A stretch of DNA of 64,000 bases from Eledone cirrhosa (lineage: Eukaryota), in NCBI GenBank assembly GCA_964016885.1, contig OZ024749.1, positions 19,096,001-19,160,000 of the forward strand. Direction: 5' to 3'. Under the pieces are notes generated by a model. The model worked only from the letters and a program-made list of their open reading frames with translations. It did not search any database and was not told the DNA's origin. Each line of letters opens with the position of its first letter. Position 1 is the stretch's first letter. Shown here piece after piece: positions 11,612 to 24,384 of this stretch. The position numbers were made by a program, and so were the translations under genes.

Positions 11612-12769
11612 ATGGCTAACCAGCAAAAATCCAAACAGAACTGGTCTGATAATGAAATCGACATTCTAATAAACACATGGCATTGCCTTTCCCAAACAGA
11701 AGATATAGATGCTTCATCTCTGAACGACATTGCTAAACGTACAGTTCAATTTTTGAAAACTCGATCTGAACAACAGATTCAAAATAAATTAAAGCAAATC
11801 GAAATTGCTTTTAAATTAATCAATAAACATTTGGATAAACTACGGTGTGTTTTCTCTTCGAATGCTGTCCAGCAGCAGCAGCAACAACAACAACAGCAGC
11901 TACAACAGCAACAACAACAACAGCTACAACAACAACATCAACAACAGCAACAACAACAACAACAACAACAACAGTGTGAACCACTCCTTGATTCATCAAC
12001 AATGGCCGATCTACTAAATGAAACTATTGACCCCCCAGTAGCCTCTGTCTCACAGCATGAAACGCCACATCCTTTCTCTGGCCCAGCAGTCCAATCATCA
12101 CCACTGCCAACATCTCTGCCTACTACTACTACTACTACTACTACAACATTTTTGTCTACTGCTATGTCAAGGAATTTACCTTCTAATACCAGTACAAGAA
12201 CTCTCCCTCCCACAGTCCACAAAGGTCGTCAAATCCTACCCAAACCATCATCTACACCTCTCACAACACACACACCCACATACCCACCCACTCGAAACCC
12301 CATCATTTGCCGCTACTCTCTACGCTATAGAATATGTACGGATAGTGGCTGCAAATTCACCCATTTACCTAGGACAAAACGATCTATCCCCACAAACAGC
12401 CACCACCATAATACATACTCTAATTTAACACCAACACAACCACCAATAACTCAAACAAGGAATCCACAAATCTGCCGTTTTTCCCTGCGAGACAGATTGT
12501 GTTTAGACCGGGATTGTCCCTTTACCTATCTCCCGGGGACCCGTCGGACAAATGAAAATAAAATTAAAAATAAAAGCAAAAACAAAAACCATAACCTACA
12601 TAAAAATAACCACTACCACAGTCACCAACAGTCTTCTAAACAGGAAACTTCTTCCTCTTTTTTAGCCATAATGAATCTGGCAAAAGAACTGGAAAAAAAC
12701 ATTCGAGCTATCACCCAGCACCACCCTCCACTATCACCCCACTGCACAAACTCCCATTGCTGCCATTAA
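11612..12769 (+). CDS. LINE ORF1: Myb/SANT-like N-terminus, polyQ, Thr/Pro-rich linker, two CCCH-type fingers
   Basis: ATG at 11612; NWSDNEIDILINTW...RSEQQIQNKLKQI; CRYSLRYRICTDSGCKFTH and CRFSLRDRLCLDRDCPFTY. Confidence 0.7.
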   Translation: MANQQKSKQNWSDNEIDILINTWHCLSQTEDIDASSLNDIAKRTVQFLKTRSEQQIQNKLKQIEIAFKLINKHLDKLRCVFSSNAVQQQQQQQQQQLQQQQQQQLQQQHQQQQQQQQQQQQCEPLLDSSTMADLLNETIDPPVASVSQHETPHPFSGPAVQSSPLPTSLPTTTTTTTTTFLSTAMSRNLPSNTSTRTLPPTVHKGRQILPKPSSTPLTTHTPTYPPTRNPIICRYSLRYRICTDSGCKFTHLPRTKRSIPTNSHHHNTYSNLTPTQPPITQTRNPQICRFSLRDRLCLDRDCPFTYLPGTRRTNENKIKNKSKNKNHNLHKNNHYHSHQQSSKQETSSSFLAIMNLAKELEKNIRAITQHHPPLSPHCTNSHCCH

Positions 12770-15700
12770 CAAACAAACAAATTAACAACACACCAAAACA
12801 ATTAAAACCATCCACTCTCGCCTCTACATTTTTGCTTAACGCCCAAGGCATCAGCCCTTCCACCAATACTCAAAAATGGAAGATCAAATTCCTGGAGGAC
12901 TGGATTGATGTCCATCTAAACCACATCCCTTTCTTCGTCCTCACTGAAACCCATCTCAGTAACCTCCACTTGGAAGCCGAGGTGAAAGTGAAAAATTTCA
13001 AAGCCATCCGTGCTGATCGCGCTGGCAGAAGAAAGGGCGGAACTGCCATTTATGTCCATAATTCTTTCTCAACAGAGGCTATGAACATATTCACTAATGG
13101 ATACTGTGAAGCAGTCACTGTATTCAGTCAAACCAACAACCTATTAGTAGTTGGGCTCTATAGGCCACCCCAAACGCCTGTAGCATGCTTCAAGGAATGC
13201 CTCAACAGCATAAAGTGTTTCATCCAAGAGTGTCACCCTGACATCTTAATGATGGGGGACTTCAACCTCCCCGGAGTTGACTGGTCCACAAACAGCCTGC
13301 CACCAGGTTCTTCTGCCTCAACCTCTGACAGGGAAGCTGTGGAATCGCTTCTTGACTTCATGGATGATTTCTTCCTATCCCAACTGGTGCTCGAACCAAC
13401 GAGGTGCCACAAAAACGTCCTAGACTTAATTTTCAGCAATCACACTGACAATATCCACAATATTGCAGTGGAGAAAACTCTACTCTCTGATCATGACATG
13501 GTTCTCTGTGATCTGAGATTCCACCGTCCAATATACAAACCCAATGTCATCTCTCTTGTCCATCCGTTTGACGCTATGGATTTCCACAATGCAAACTGGG
13601 AAGCGATCAGTCATGATCTTGCACATGTCGACTGGTCCTTCACGCACACTCATACACCCACTAACATCAAAAAGTCCTGGCAGACATTTGTGGACACTGT
13701 TACAAACATATGTGCTAAACACACCCCATTAAGAACTATAAACAAATCTAAGAGCAGAATCCCTAGAAATAGAAAAACGCTCATCAGAAAAATTAAGAGA
13801 ACGAACAAAAAAAATCAACAAGCTGAAATACTGTCAGCAGCAACACATCAACTTGACTGCCATTTCATCACTAGAGATTAAAAAACATAACCTCCAAAAC
13901 AACATAATGTCCCTCATCAACAATCAGAGAAGAGCTGAAGAGGCCTGGGCCATTGAGAAGATCAAACTCAATCCCAAAGTGTTCTTTTCATTTGCAAAAA
14001 AACACAAAATCACTGGCTCTACTGTTGGCCCTCTAATTGATGAAAATGGCACTCTTCAAGACAATGCTAAAACCATGGGTGAGATACTGCAGAAACAATA
14101 CTGCTCTGTTTTCAGCAATCCTGATATGGCTGATCTGGGCTGTATCGGCGATGTTACTCCCCATTACACCTTATCGGACATAACGTTTGGCGCCCCTGAT
14201 GTCTTGGCGGCAATAAAGGAAATCAAGCATAATTCAGCAGTAGGTCCCGATAGGTTCCCTGCTTGTGTCTTGAAGGCGTGTCAACACCAACTTGCATCTC
14301 CTCTTGCCAATCTGTGGCGGAACTCACTGGATGCTGGATATGTGCCAGAAAACCTTCTATCCCAGTCTGTTGTCCCAGTTTTCAAAAAGGGAAACAAATC
14401 CCTTGCCGTGAATTACCGTCCAATCTCACTCACCTCTCATATCATTAAGGTATTTGAGCGAGTGGTGAGATCGCGAATGACCCACTTCCTTGAGAGTAAC
14501 AATATGCTGAACTCCAACCAGCATGGATTCCGTAATGGAAGGGATTGCCTGACGCAGCTACTGCATCACTTTGATGACATTTTGAGAGCCTTGGGAGAGG
14601 GTTCCAACACTGATGTTATCTACCTTGATTTCAGCAAGCCCTTTGACAGGGTTGATCATAACATTCTACTGAGAAAGCTGTCCAATATTGGTGTCACTGG
14701 AAAGCTGCTGCAGTGGATCAAGAGCTTCCTGTCAAACAGAACCCAACATGTTGTAGTTGAGGGAGTCAAATCAAGCCCAGCCAAAGTCAGTAGTGGGGTC
14801 CCACAAGGCACTGTGTTGGGCCCACTTCTCTTCATCATCTATATTAATGACATCACTGACATCATCAAACACAGCAACATTAAAATTTTCGCTGATGATT
14901 CCAAGCTCCAAAAGGTCATCAATGGCGTGGATGACCGGATAAGCCTTCAGTCAGACCTACTGGCTGTTACCCAATGGGCAGAAAAGAACAACATGTTACT
15001 GAATGAAAACAAATTCGAACTGATCCACTTTGGAAAAGAGGATGCTCTGAAACTCCCGTACTCCCTTCCCTCCGGGGAAACTCTCGTGGCATCTAACAAC
15101 ATCAGAGACTTGGGAGTAACCGTGGACAGCAACATAAGCTGGACCACGCATATAAGCAGCAAAGTTGACATGGCCCGCAGAATGTGTTCCTGGATCCTCA
15201 GAACCTTCCAGTCGAGAGATTCCCGCACCATTATCCTTCTCTTCTCTACTTTCGCCCGACCACACCTTGAATACTGTTGTCCACTGTGGTCTCCCCACAC
15301 GAAACAAAGTATCATGAAACTTGAAGCTCCTCAAAGGGCAATCACGAAAAAGATAGATGGCATGTCAGACCTTGACTACTGGGGTCGATTAGAAAACCTG
15401 AAACTTTACTCACTCCAACGTCGCCGTGAGCGTTATATTATCTGCATGATGTGGAAAATGTTCCATCATCACTGCCCAAATGATGTTGGCATCGCCTTCA
15501 AGATACACCCAAGGCTTGGGCCCCGTGCTATCCGTCCCATTCAAAAATCTAAATCGCAACTCATAACAACAATACGGCACAATTATTTCACCTCAATCGG
15601 CCCTGCTCTCTTCAACATCACACCAGGACACGTCAAAACAGAAACTGACCACACAAAATTCAAGAAGTCTTTGGACAAATTCCTCCAAGTAATCCCGGAC

Positions 15701-15775
15701 AAACCACCCACACCCGGATATGTCTCCGCAAACAGTAATTCTCTTCTCGAATGGGCCATGGTGCCCAAATCCTGA
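12640..15775 (+). pseudogene. LINE ORF2 (AP endonuclease + reverse transcriptase) with one frameshift in an A8 run at 13807-13814
   Basis: APE motifs LLNAQG, LTETH, YRPP, GDFN, LDL, SDH; RT motifs NYRPISL, QHGFR, YLDFSKPFD, GVPQGTVLGP, FADD. Removing one A joins ORFs 12757-13881 and 13853-15775. Confidence 0.9.
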
Positions 15776-15850
15776 ATTGAAAGACTTCGCCAGGTGGTGC
15801 TATTAAGTTAGACATGGCCTGGGCCAATACTGGCCAAAACATTTCAAAGT

Positions 15851-16371
15851 TATATCTATATATATATCTATATATATATATATCTATATATCTATATATA
15901 TATCTATATATATATATATCTATATATATATATCTATATCTATATATATATAGATATATAGATATAGATATAGATATATAGATATAGATATATATATAGA
16001 TATATAGATATAGATATATAGATATAGATATATATATAGATATATATAGATATATATATATATATATCTATATATATAGAGAGATATAGATATATATAGA
16101 TATATATATATATATCTATATATATATAGAGATATAGATATATATAGATATATATATATATATCTATATATATATAGAGATATAGATATATATAGATATA
16201 TATATATATATCTATATATATATAGAGATATAGATATATAGATATATATAGATATATATATATATATCTATATATATATAGAGATATAGATATATATAGA
16301 TATATATATATATATCTATATATATATAGAGATATAGATATATAGAGATATATATATATATCTATATATAT
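15851..16371. repeat. (TA)n/(GATATA)n microsatellite
   Basis: Simple repeat; a similar tract lies at 16916-17565. Confidence 0.9.
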
Positions 16372-16505
16372 GTAGATAAATCTACCAAGAGTTTACGGTA
16401 GTGTCCAATCCGTATGAAGAACTCAATGTATTCCGGATATCATGGAAAGAAGAGATGTAATGAAAATCCAATTTCGGTGAAAGATAAACGGTATACAGAG
16501 TCAAG

Positions 16506-16915
16506 ATAAAATATTAAACAAATAATGAACAAACAATTCCTTATATTAAACAAAAAAAGTTCACTATTTAACGATCGTTTCTAGGGCATATATGTGTTAT
16601 AATTGGTATGCATATTTAACAGATCTATGTACAAAATTATACAAAATTATACAAATTATCAAGATTAAATATACATACCTAACTCATATATACGCCGTCT
16701 TCAGAAATAATTATTTCTGAAGACGGCGTATATATGAGTTAGGTATGTATATTTAATCTTGATAATTTGTATAATTTTGTATAATTTTGTACATAGATCT
16801 GTTAAATATGCATACCAATTATAACACATATATGCCCTAGAAACGATCGTTAAATAGTGAACTTTTTTTGTTTAATATAAGGAATTGTTTGTTCATTATT
16901 TGTTTAATATTTTAT
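16506..16915. repeat. ~410-bp spacerless palindrome; Penelope pseudo-LTR-like foldback with hammerhead-like core
   Basis: Symmetry axis at 16710/16711 (TCAGAAATAA|TTATTTCTGA); arms appear to match end to end. Confidence 0.9.
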
Positions 16916-17565
16916 ATCTATATATATATATAGAGATATAGATATATAGAGATATATATATATATATCTATATATATAGAGAGATATAGATATATATAGA
17001 TATATATATATATATATCTATATATATAACGAAGGAAATGTGGTAAGGAACCAGGTGGACCATAACGCACCAAAGTACTCAATACTTGGGGTCTTACTGG
17101 TTCCTATTATCTATATATAGATATAGATATATATATATAGAGATATATATATATACATATATATATATATCTATATATAGATATAGATATATAGATATAT
17201 ATATAGATATATATATATATATAGATATATATATATATATAGATATAGATATATATATATAGATAGATATAGATATATATATATAGATATATATAGATAT
17301 ATATATATAGAGATATATATATATACATATATATATATATCTATATATAGATATAGATATATATATATACATATATATATATATCTATATATATATATAG
17401 ATATAGATATATATATATATATATATATAGATATAGATATATATATATAGATATATATAGATATATATATAGATAGATATATATATGTATCTATATATAG
17501 ATATATATATAGATATAGATATATATATAGATATATAGATATATATAGATATATATAGATATATA

Positions 17566-19462
17566 CAGAGGCGTGCGGTGTTCCACATTGCAAGGCAGTG
17601 TGTCAATGCAAATCAGGATGTTGTTGGAGATAAATGTGTCCGGGATGATGCCGGTGTACTTAGCGTGACGAATAACCAGAAAAAGGAGGCCTGGAAATGT
17701 CATTATGAGAGACTGATGAATGTGGAGAACGAATAGGAGAGAGAGAAATTACCCTTGGTAGATCCGACAGAGGGACCAGCTATTGAGATTGACGAATATA
17801 GGGTCCAAGAGGCGATTAGGGAAATGAAAAATGGTAAGGCGGCCGGACCATCGGGAATAGTTACTGAGATGCTGAAGGCATCAGGGGACGTAGGCACTAA
17901 ACTAGTTGCACGCATCATCAATCAGGCTATATATGGTGGTGTCATACCCAAAGACTGGTGCAGCAGTATTCTCATAAATTGCTACAAAGGTAAAGGGGAT
18001 GCTTTGGAGAGGGGCAATTATAGGGGTATAAAACTGATAGATCAGGTTATGAAAGTGGCAGAAAGGATTTTAGCACAACTAATTTGAGAAAGGGTCAAAC
18101 TAGATGAGATGCAGTTTGGTTTTGTGCCTGGGAAGAGTACAACAGATGCCCTCTTCTTGGTGAGACAATTGCAAGAGAGGTTCTTAGAGAAGAATAAGCC
18201 ACTATACTTAGCCTTTGTTGACCTAGAGAAGGCCTTTGATAGGGTACCCCGATCTGTCATCTGGTGGTCCCTAAGGAAGCTAGGTGTTGAGGAATGGCTT
18301 GTGAGGACAGTGCAAACTTTGTACAGAGGTACTCTCAGTAAAGTCAGGGTAGGAATGGAGTTTAGTGAGGAATTCCAGATACAAGTAGGAGTAGATCAGT
18401 GTTCGGTCCTTAGCCCGCTTTTGTTCATTATAGTCCTCCAAGCCATAACAGAGGAGTTTAAGACTGGCTGTCCATGGGAACTTCTCTATGCTGACGATCT
18501 GGCTCTTATAGCAGAATCAGTAGAGGAGCTAGAGAATAAATTCCGGCTATGGAAACAGCAGTTGGAAGCAAGAGGACTGAGAGTAAATCTAGCTAAGACA
18601 AAAGTGTTGATGAGTAGAAAAGAGGACAAAACCCTGATTCCGTCAGGGAAATGGCCATGTTTGATATGCAGAAAAGGAACTGGCATAAATTCTATAAAAT
18701 GCACACAATGCAGGTCCTGGGTACACAAGAGATGTAGCGGGATAGCAGGCAAACTAACAGGTCGGGAGAAATATGTATGCAGTAGATGTACAGGGAAATT
18801 AGACAGTAGAAGTCGCACTGATAGACACATTTTTCAAATGCGAGAGGGCGCTATAGAAGTGGTGGATAGCTTCCGGTACCTAGGAGATCAGATTAGCATG
18901 GGAGGAGGGTGTTCCGAGGCCATAGTATCTAGAATAAGGACGGGTTGGAAGAAGTTTAGGGAGCTGCTTCCTCTGTTGACGAAGAAGGGTTTCTCCCTGC
19001 GTACGAAAGGCCGGTTGTATGATGCTGCATGGTAGTGAGACATGGGCAGCAACCGCAGAGGATATGCGACAGCTGGAGAGAAATGAGGCAAGCATGCTCC
19101 GTTGGATGTGCAGTGTAAATGTGCGTGAATGACCCAACATAAATGTGTTGAGAGAGAAACTGCGTCTGAGAGGGATAGAATGTAGTGTAAGGGAGAGGAG
19201 ACTGAGGTGGTATGGACATGTGATGCGCATGCAGGATGACCGATGGGTGAAGAAGTGCCAGGAATTGCCAGTTGAAGGAAGACGTGGTAGAGGTAGACCA
19301 CGAAAAACATGGGCGGAGGTGGTGAGAACAGACCTCAGATCATTGAAGCTCACGGTGGAGATGACGAGGGACCGTGACAAGTGGAGAGATGCTGTGCTGA
19401 ATAAGACACGTCCCACCCTTGCAAGCAGGGAAAAGCGGATGTAAAATGATGATGATGATGAT
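17566..19462 (+). mobile_element. 5'-truncated degenerate RTE-clade LINE
   Basis: GKAAGPSG, NYRGIKL, QFGF, FVDLEKAFDRV, YADD, PHD-like insert, RLRWYGHV, RGRPRKTW; (GAT)n tail; several stops and frameshifts. Confidence 0.9.
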
Positions 19463-19494
19463 TATAGATATATATATAGATATATATATATATA

Positions 19495-22400
19495 TCATCA
19501 TCATCATCGTTTAACGTCTGTGTTCCATGCTTGCATGGGTTTGGACGGGAGTTTTCCCACTTGAGGCAAGAGTGGTTGTCTTGCTCGCATAGGACTGTCT
19601 GGCGGGTTTTCTACAGTTGGATGCCCTTCCTAACACCAGCCACATTTACAGTGTGGGGCTGGGAGGTTTTTACCGTGTTGCCTACACGGCCACATTACAG
19701 CGTGGACTGTCTGGCAGGTTTTCTACAGCTGGATGCCCTTCCAAACACCAACCACATTTACAGTGTGGGACTGGGACGTTTTTACCGTGTTGCCTACACG
19801 GTCACATTACAGCGTGGACTGTGTGTTTTTTTTGTCGTGACACCTACACGATCTCATTTGTTTCGGCCTGGATTTTGTGGCACCAACATAACTTTACATT
19901 GAAAGGGGCGGTGTGGATGAGGTGGGGGTGGTGGGACGGTGGTGTTTTTTGTTAGAGGTGCCTACTGACTGTAGTAGGTTTTACTATGTAATTAGGTAAC
20001 GCGGGTCTTCTCTATTACTGAGTACCGCAAAAGCTCTCGGTCCAGTGACATTGTCTTGGAGAGGTGTGTGTGAGGTCGGAATTTATCAGCTCGTCCCAGG
20101 TTTTTCTGGGTCTGCCTACTCCGTGGCTACCATCTATCTTTATTGCCCTGCACTTTGTTATACAGCTGTCGTCTTTCATGCGCATCACGTGATCATACCA
20201 ACGTAGCCTTCTCTCGAGTAAACAACATCTGATCCCTCTTATTTCTAATTTTTTCCTTAGTTCGATTATGCTTTGCCGTTCGCGTATATTACTATTACAC
20301 ATCCAGTGGAGCATGCAAGCTTCGTTCCTCTCTAGTCTGCGTATATCCTCTGCACACAATGCCCAGGTCTCACTGCCATGCAACATTGCTGTTCGTATGC
20401 AGGCATCATACAACCTGCCTTTCACTTTTAGGGAGAACCCTTTAGCGGCTAATAGTGGTATAAGCTCTCTGAACTTTTTCCATCCCGTTCTGACTCTAGC
20501 TACTGTACTTTCAGAGCACCCTCCCCCACTGCTGATTTTGTCACCCAGGTAACGGAAGCTGTCCACTATTTCTATAGAACCCTCTGCGCAATTGAAAGAG
20601 CTAGTATTTTGTGGGCACTTGCTGCTACTTATTGCACCAGAGCACCGGCCACATGTAAAATCTGTGTTCTTAGTTAGCTTACCTGTGATCCCACTACATC
20701 TTTTATGCACCCATACTTTGCATTTGGGACATAAAATGGAGTTTCTACCTACGCCTTTCCTACACACTGAGCATGGCCATTTCCCGGAAGGGACCGGCGC
20801 CTTATTTTCTTTCCTACAAACTAGAACTTTAGTCTTAGCCATGTTAATTTTAAGGCCTTTTGATTCTAGGCCATGCTTCCATGTTTGGAATTTCTTCTCT
20901 AGCTCGGCCATTGATTAAGCTATGAGCATTAGGTCATCTGCGTATAGGAGTTCCCATGGGCAGCCGGTCTTGAACTCCTCTGTTAGAGCCTGAAGAGCAA
21001 TAATGAATAGTAGGGGGCTAAGAACAGAGCCCTGATGGACACCAACTTTTACGCTAAACTCTTCACTATATTCGTTGTTAATTCTAACCTTGCTCACTGT
21101 TTCTTTATACATGGCTTGTATAGCTCTCACAAGCCATTCGTCAACACCTAGTTTTCTAAGAGCCCACCAGATAATGGAACGGGGGACTCTGTCGAAGGCT
21201 TTCTCCAAGTCGACAAAGGCTAAGTATAGGGGTTTACTTTTAGCTAGGTACTTCTCCTGTAGTTGTCGTACAATGAAAAGAGCGTCTGTGGTACTTTTGC
21301 CTGACACAAACCCGAACTGCATTTCATCTAGATCGATTCTCTCTCTGATTAGTTGCACTATTACTTTTTCCGTGACCTTCATGACCTGGTCGATTAATTT
21401 AATCCCTCTATAGTTACTCCTATCTAGGGCGTCTCCTTTACCCTTGTAACAATTAATGATGATGCTGCTACGCCAGTCCTTCGGAACAACCCCATTCTGT
21501 ATGACTTGGTTTACTATCCGGGTGACCATGGTGTGTCCCACCGTTCCAGAGGCCTTCAGCATCTCAGCGACTATTTCCGAAGGCCCAGCCGCCTTACCCG
21601 TCTTCATATCTTTGATTGCCTTACTTATTATACTACCTTCAACTAACACTGCTGGTCCCTCTATTGGATCGATCTGGGGGAGACTATCCTTCTCCCATTT
21701 ATTCTCCTCATTTAGTAGCCTCTCGTAGTGACACTTCCAAGCGACCTTCTTATCAGCGTCAGTGGTGGCGAGTACGCCATCATCATTTAGTACACACTTC
21801 TCCCCAACAATATCACAGTTTTCCTTGACACATTGCCTAGCAATCCTGAACACCTCACGTTTTTGGTCCTCGCGTTGTAGAACATGCTTGAACTTTCTTT
21901 CCTCTGCTTCCCTTCTTGCAAAATACACTTGTCTCCTAGCTTCCCTCCTGGCCACTTGATAGTCTTCTCTACTTCCCCCATCCCGCCATATTTTCCAAGC
22001 CTGCTTTTTGGCCTTAATCGACTCCTCCACCTTACTGTTCCACCACCATGTTACTCTCCTCCTGCCTACAGGCCTGCTCCAGCCACAGACTTCATCTGCC
22101 GCCATCAGCAGGTTTGCTTTCAGGAATTCCCACTGTTCCTCTACATTGTACGACTCTAATTGCTCTTCCTTACTGTCGAAAGCATCAAGTAATATGCTTT
22201 GAAATTTATTTCTGGCTGTGGGATCCTTTAGCTTCCATATTTTTCTCCTGAGGATAGTCCTCTTCTGCTGTCTAGTACGTCTCGTCCTGACTCTGAGGTC
22301 GCTAATTATCAGTCTACGTTGGGAGGTGCATTTTTCATGGGGGAGGGATTTAGTGTTTACAACAGACACTCTGTCACGTCTTCTGGTAAGGATATAATCT

Positions 22401-23022
22401 ACCTGGCTGGTATGTTCCCCTGATCTGTAGGTGATCAAGTGATTGTCTCGTTTTTTGAAGTTAGTGTTACAGATAGTTAGGTTATTTGCATCACAGAATT
22501 CCAGAATTCTGGAGCCGTCCTCGTTTCTAGTACAAAACCCATAGCCTCCGTGGATTCCGTCATAGCCGTCACAATGTTGTCCAACGTGGCCATTTAGGTC
22601 ACCAGCAATAATTATATAGTCACTGTCGGTTATTTGGGAGGTAGTGAGCATAAGTGTCTCATAGAATCTGTCTTTTATAGCGCCAGGCAGTCCGGATTGG
22701 GGCGCGTATGCAGATATTACTGTCACAGTAGTTCTGTTTAGAACAAGTCTTATTTTAATTATTCTGTCATTCACTCTATTTACATCTATTATCTTATCCA
22801 CCCATTTTTCTGCTAACATGATTCCTACCCCACCTATCCCATTGTCATTTCTCACCCAGAAAAGCTTATAGCAACGTTTTTTACCCACAATGAATCTAGC
22901 AGACCCGCCCCACCACCTGGTCTCTTGGATACAGCAAACATCAACCTCCTTATGTTCAAGCAATTCTACAACCTCGTTAGAGCGGCCTTTTAAGGTGCCT
23001 ACATTCATGGTACCAACTCTGG
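19495..23022 (-). mobile_element. Near full-length RTE-clade LINE (APE + RT) with one nonsense codon at 20915-20917
   Basis: ORFs 20915-23065 and 20015-20911 are in the same frame; NVGTL, IQET, SAYAPQ, GDLN, YADD motifs; 3' UTR ends in GACGTTAAAC(GAT)n. Confidence 0.92.
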
Positions 23023-23124
23023 TATATATATATATACACTTGGAGCAGTCACAAACTGAAACCACCTGAACTTGCAGTCAATGTGTGTGTATGTGTATAT
23101 ATATGTGTGTTTGTGTGTATTATC

Positions 23125-23640
23125 ATCCCGGTAAGGTTAGCTTTGCCTTTCATCCTAATGGTGGTCACTAAAATAAAGTACCAGTAATGTACTGGAGTCA
23201 ATTAACCAATTTTCCTCTTCTCCAAAATGGATGGCCTTGTGCCTAAATCAGAAGGGGAATTGGCAGCATCAGTAAAAGGTCGGACGCCATCCTTTGCAGC
23301 ATAAAGTTACGCCCCTTTATGGTGTGAATTCAAATCCCGTCGAGGTTAACTTTGCCTTTCATCCTTACGGGGTCGATAAAATAAAGTACCAGTAATGTAC
23401 TGGGATTATTGCTGGCCTTGTGCCTAAAGTAGAAACAATTATTATTGTTATCCTCCATATATCAATTGGTAGATTGGCAGTATCGGTAGAGGGTCGGATG
23501 CCATGCTTTCCAGCATTGTTACGTCCCTTTACGATCTGAGTTCAAATCCCGCCGAGGTTGACTTTGCCTTTCATCCTTACGGGATCGATAAAATAAAGTA
23601 CCAGTAATGTACTGGGTAATTGCTGGCCTTGTGCCAATTA
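23125..23640 (+). mobile_element. Three tandem copies/fragments of a tRNA-derived SINE
   Basis: A-box-like TGGCAGTATCGG, B-box-like GAGTTCAAATCC, shared GCCTTTCATCCTTACGGGGTCGATAAAATAAAGTACCAG domain, (ATT)n tail. Confidence 0.75.
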
Positions 23641-24384
23641 CCCTACATATAGCTTGCGTTGCTGCTGCAAGACATTTTTCTCGTTAACTGTCGACTGGAG
23701 ATCTCAGTACAAACACACACCACACACACACACACACATACACCACATGTATATATACACACACACCACACACCACACATACACACTTGCACTCACATAT
23801 TCACACTCATATACACACACACACCACTCAAACACACACACACACACACACACACATACACCACATGTATATATACACCACACACACACACCATACATAT
23901 ACACTTGCACTCACATATTCACACTCATATACACACTCTCAAACACACACACACCACATAGGCACATACCACACATACACACTGAGAGAAAGTGTATTGA
24001 TATTGCATGTATATACATGTTGGATAAACAAAGAAAAAATGTAGGAAATAGGAAGAAGAGAGAGAGAGAGGGTAGCATATAGAGAGGTGAGAGTATGAGG
24101 GAGAAAGAAAGCAAGAGAGAGAGGGGGGTAGAATATAGAGAGTGAAAGTATGACGGAGAGAGAGCAAGTGAGAGAAAGATATAATATAGAAAGGTAAAAG
24201 GAGATGGTGTTTGTGTGTGGGGTGTTAATTAAAGAAAGACTTGAGTAAATACTTATGGCCAGGTGGGTTGTAATTAAATAACATGTAAGTAAATAATGAA
24301 ATATGTGTACACACACACACATATATGTGTATATATATATATTAGAATTGGTGCTCTGAAATAGCGATATATATATGAATGTAT

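Larger units (their letters stand above)
11140..15850 (+). mobile_element. Near full-length two-ORF non-LTR retrotransposon (CR1-like RT motifs; possibly Proto2 clade)
   Basis: 5' UTR with duplicated AAAATTGACCGGTTAATACATTTACATACATCTATA, ORF1, APE + RT ORF2, short 3' UTR with GGCCAATACTGGCC hairpin. Ends are approximate. Confidence 0.85.

Noticed and set aside
23256-23640. tRNA genes
   Set aside because: A/B boxes belong to SINE heads; no cloverleaf, and they are followed by SINE body and tail
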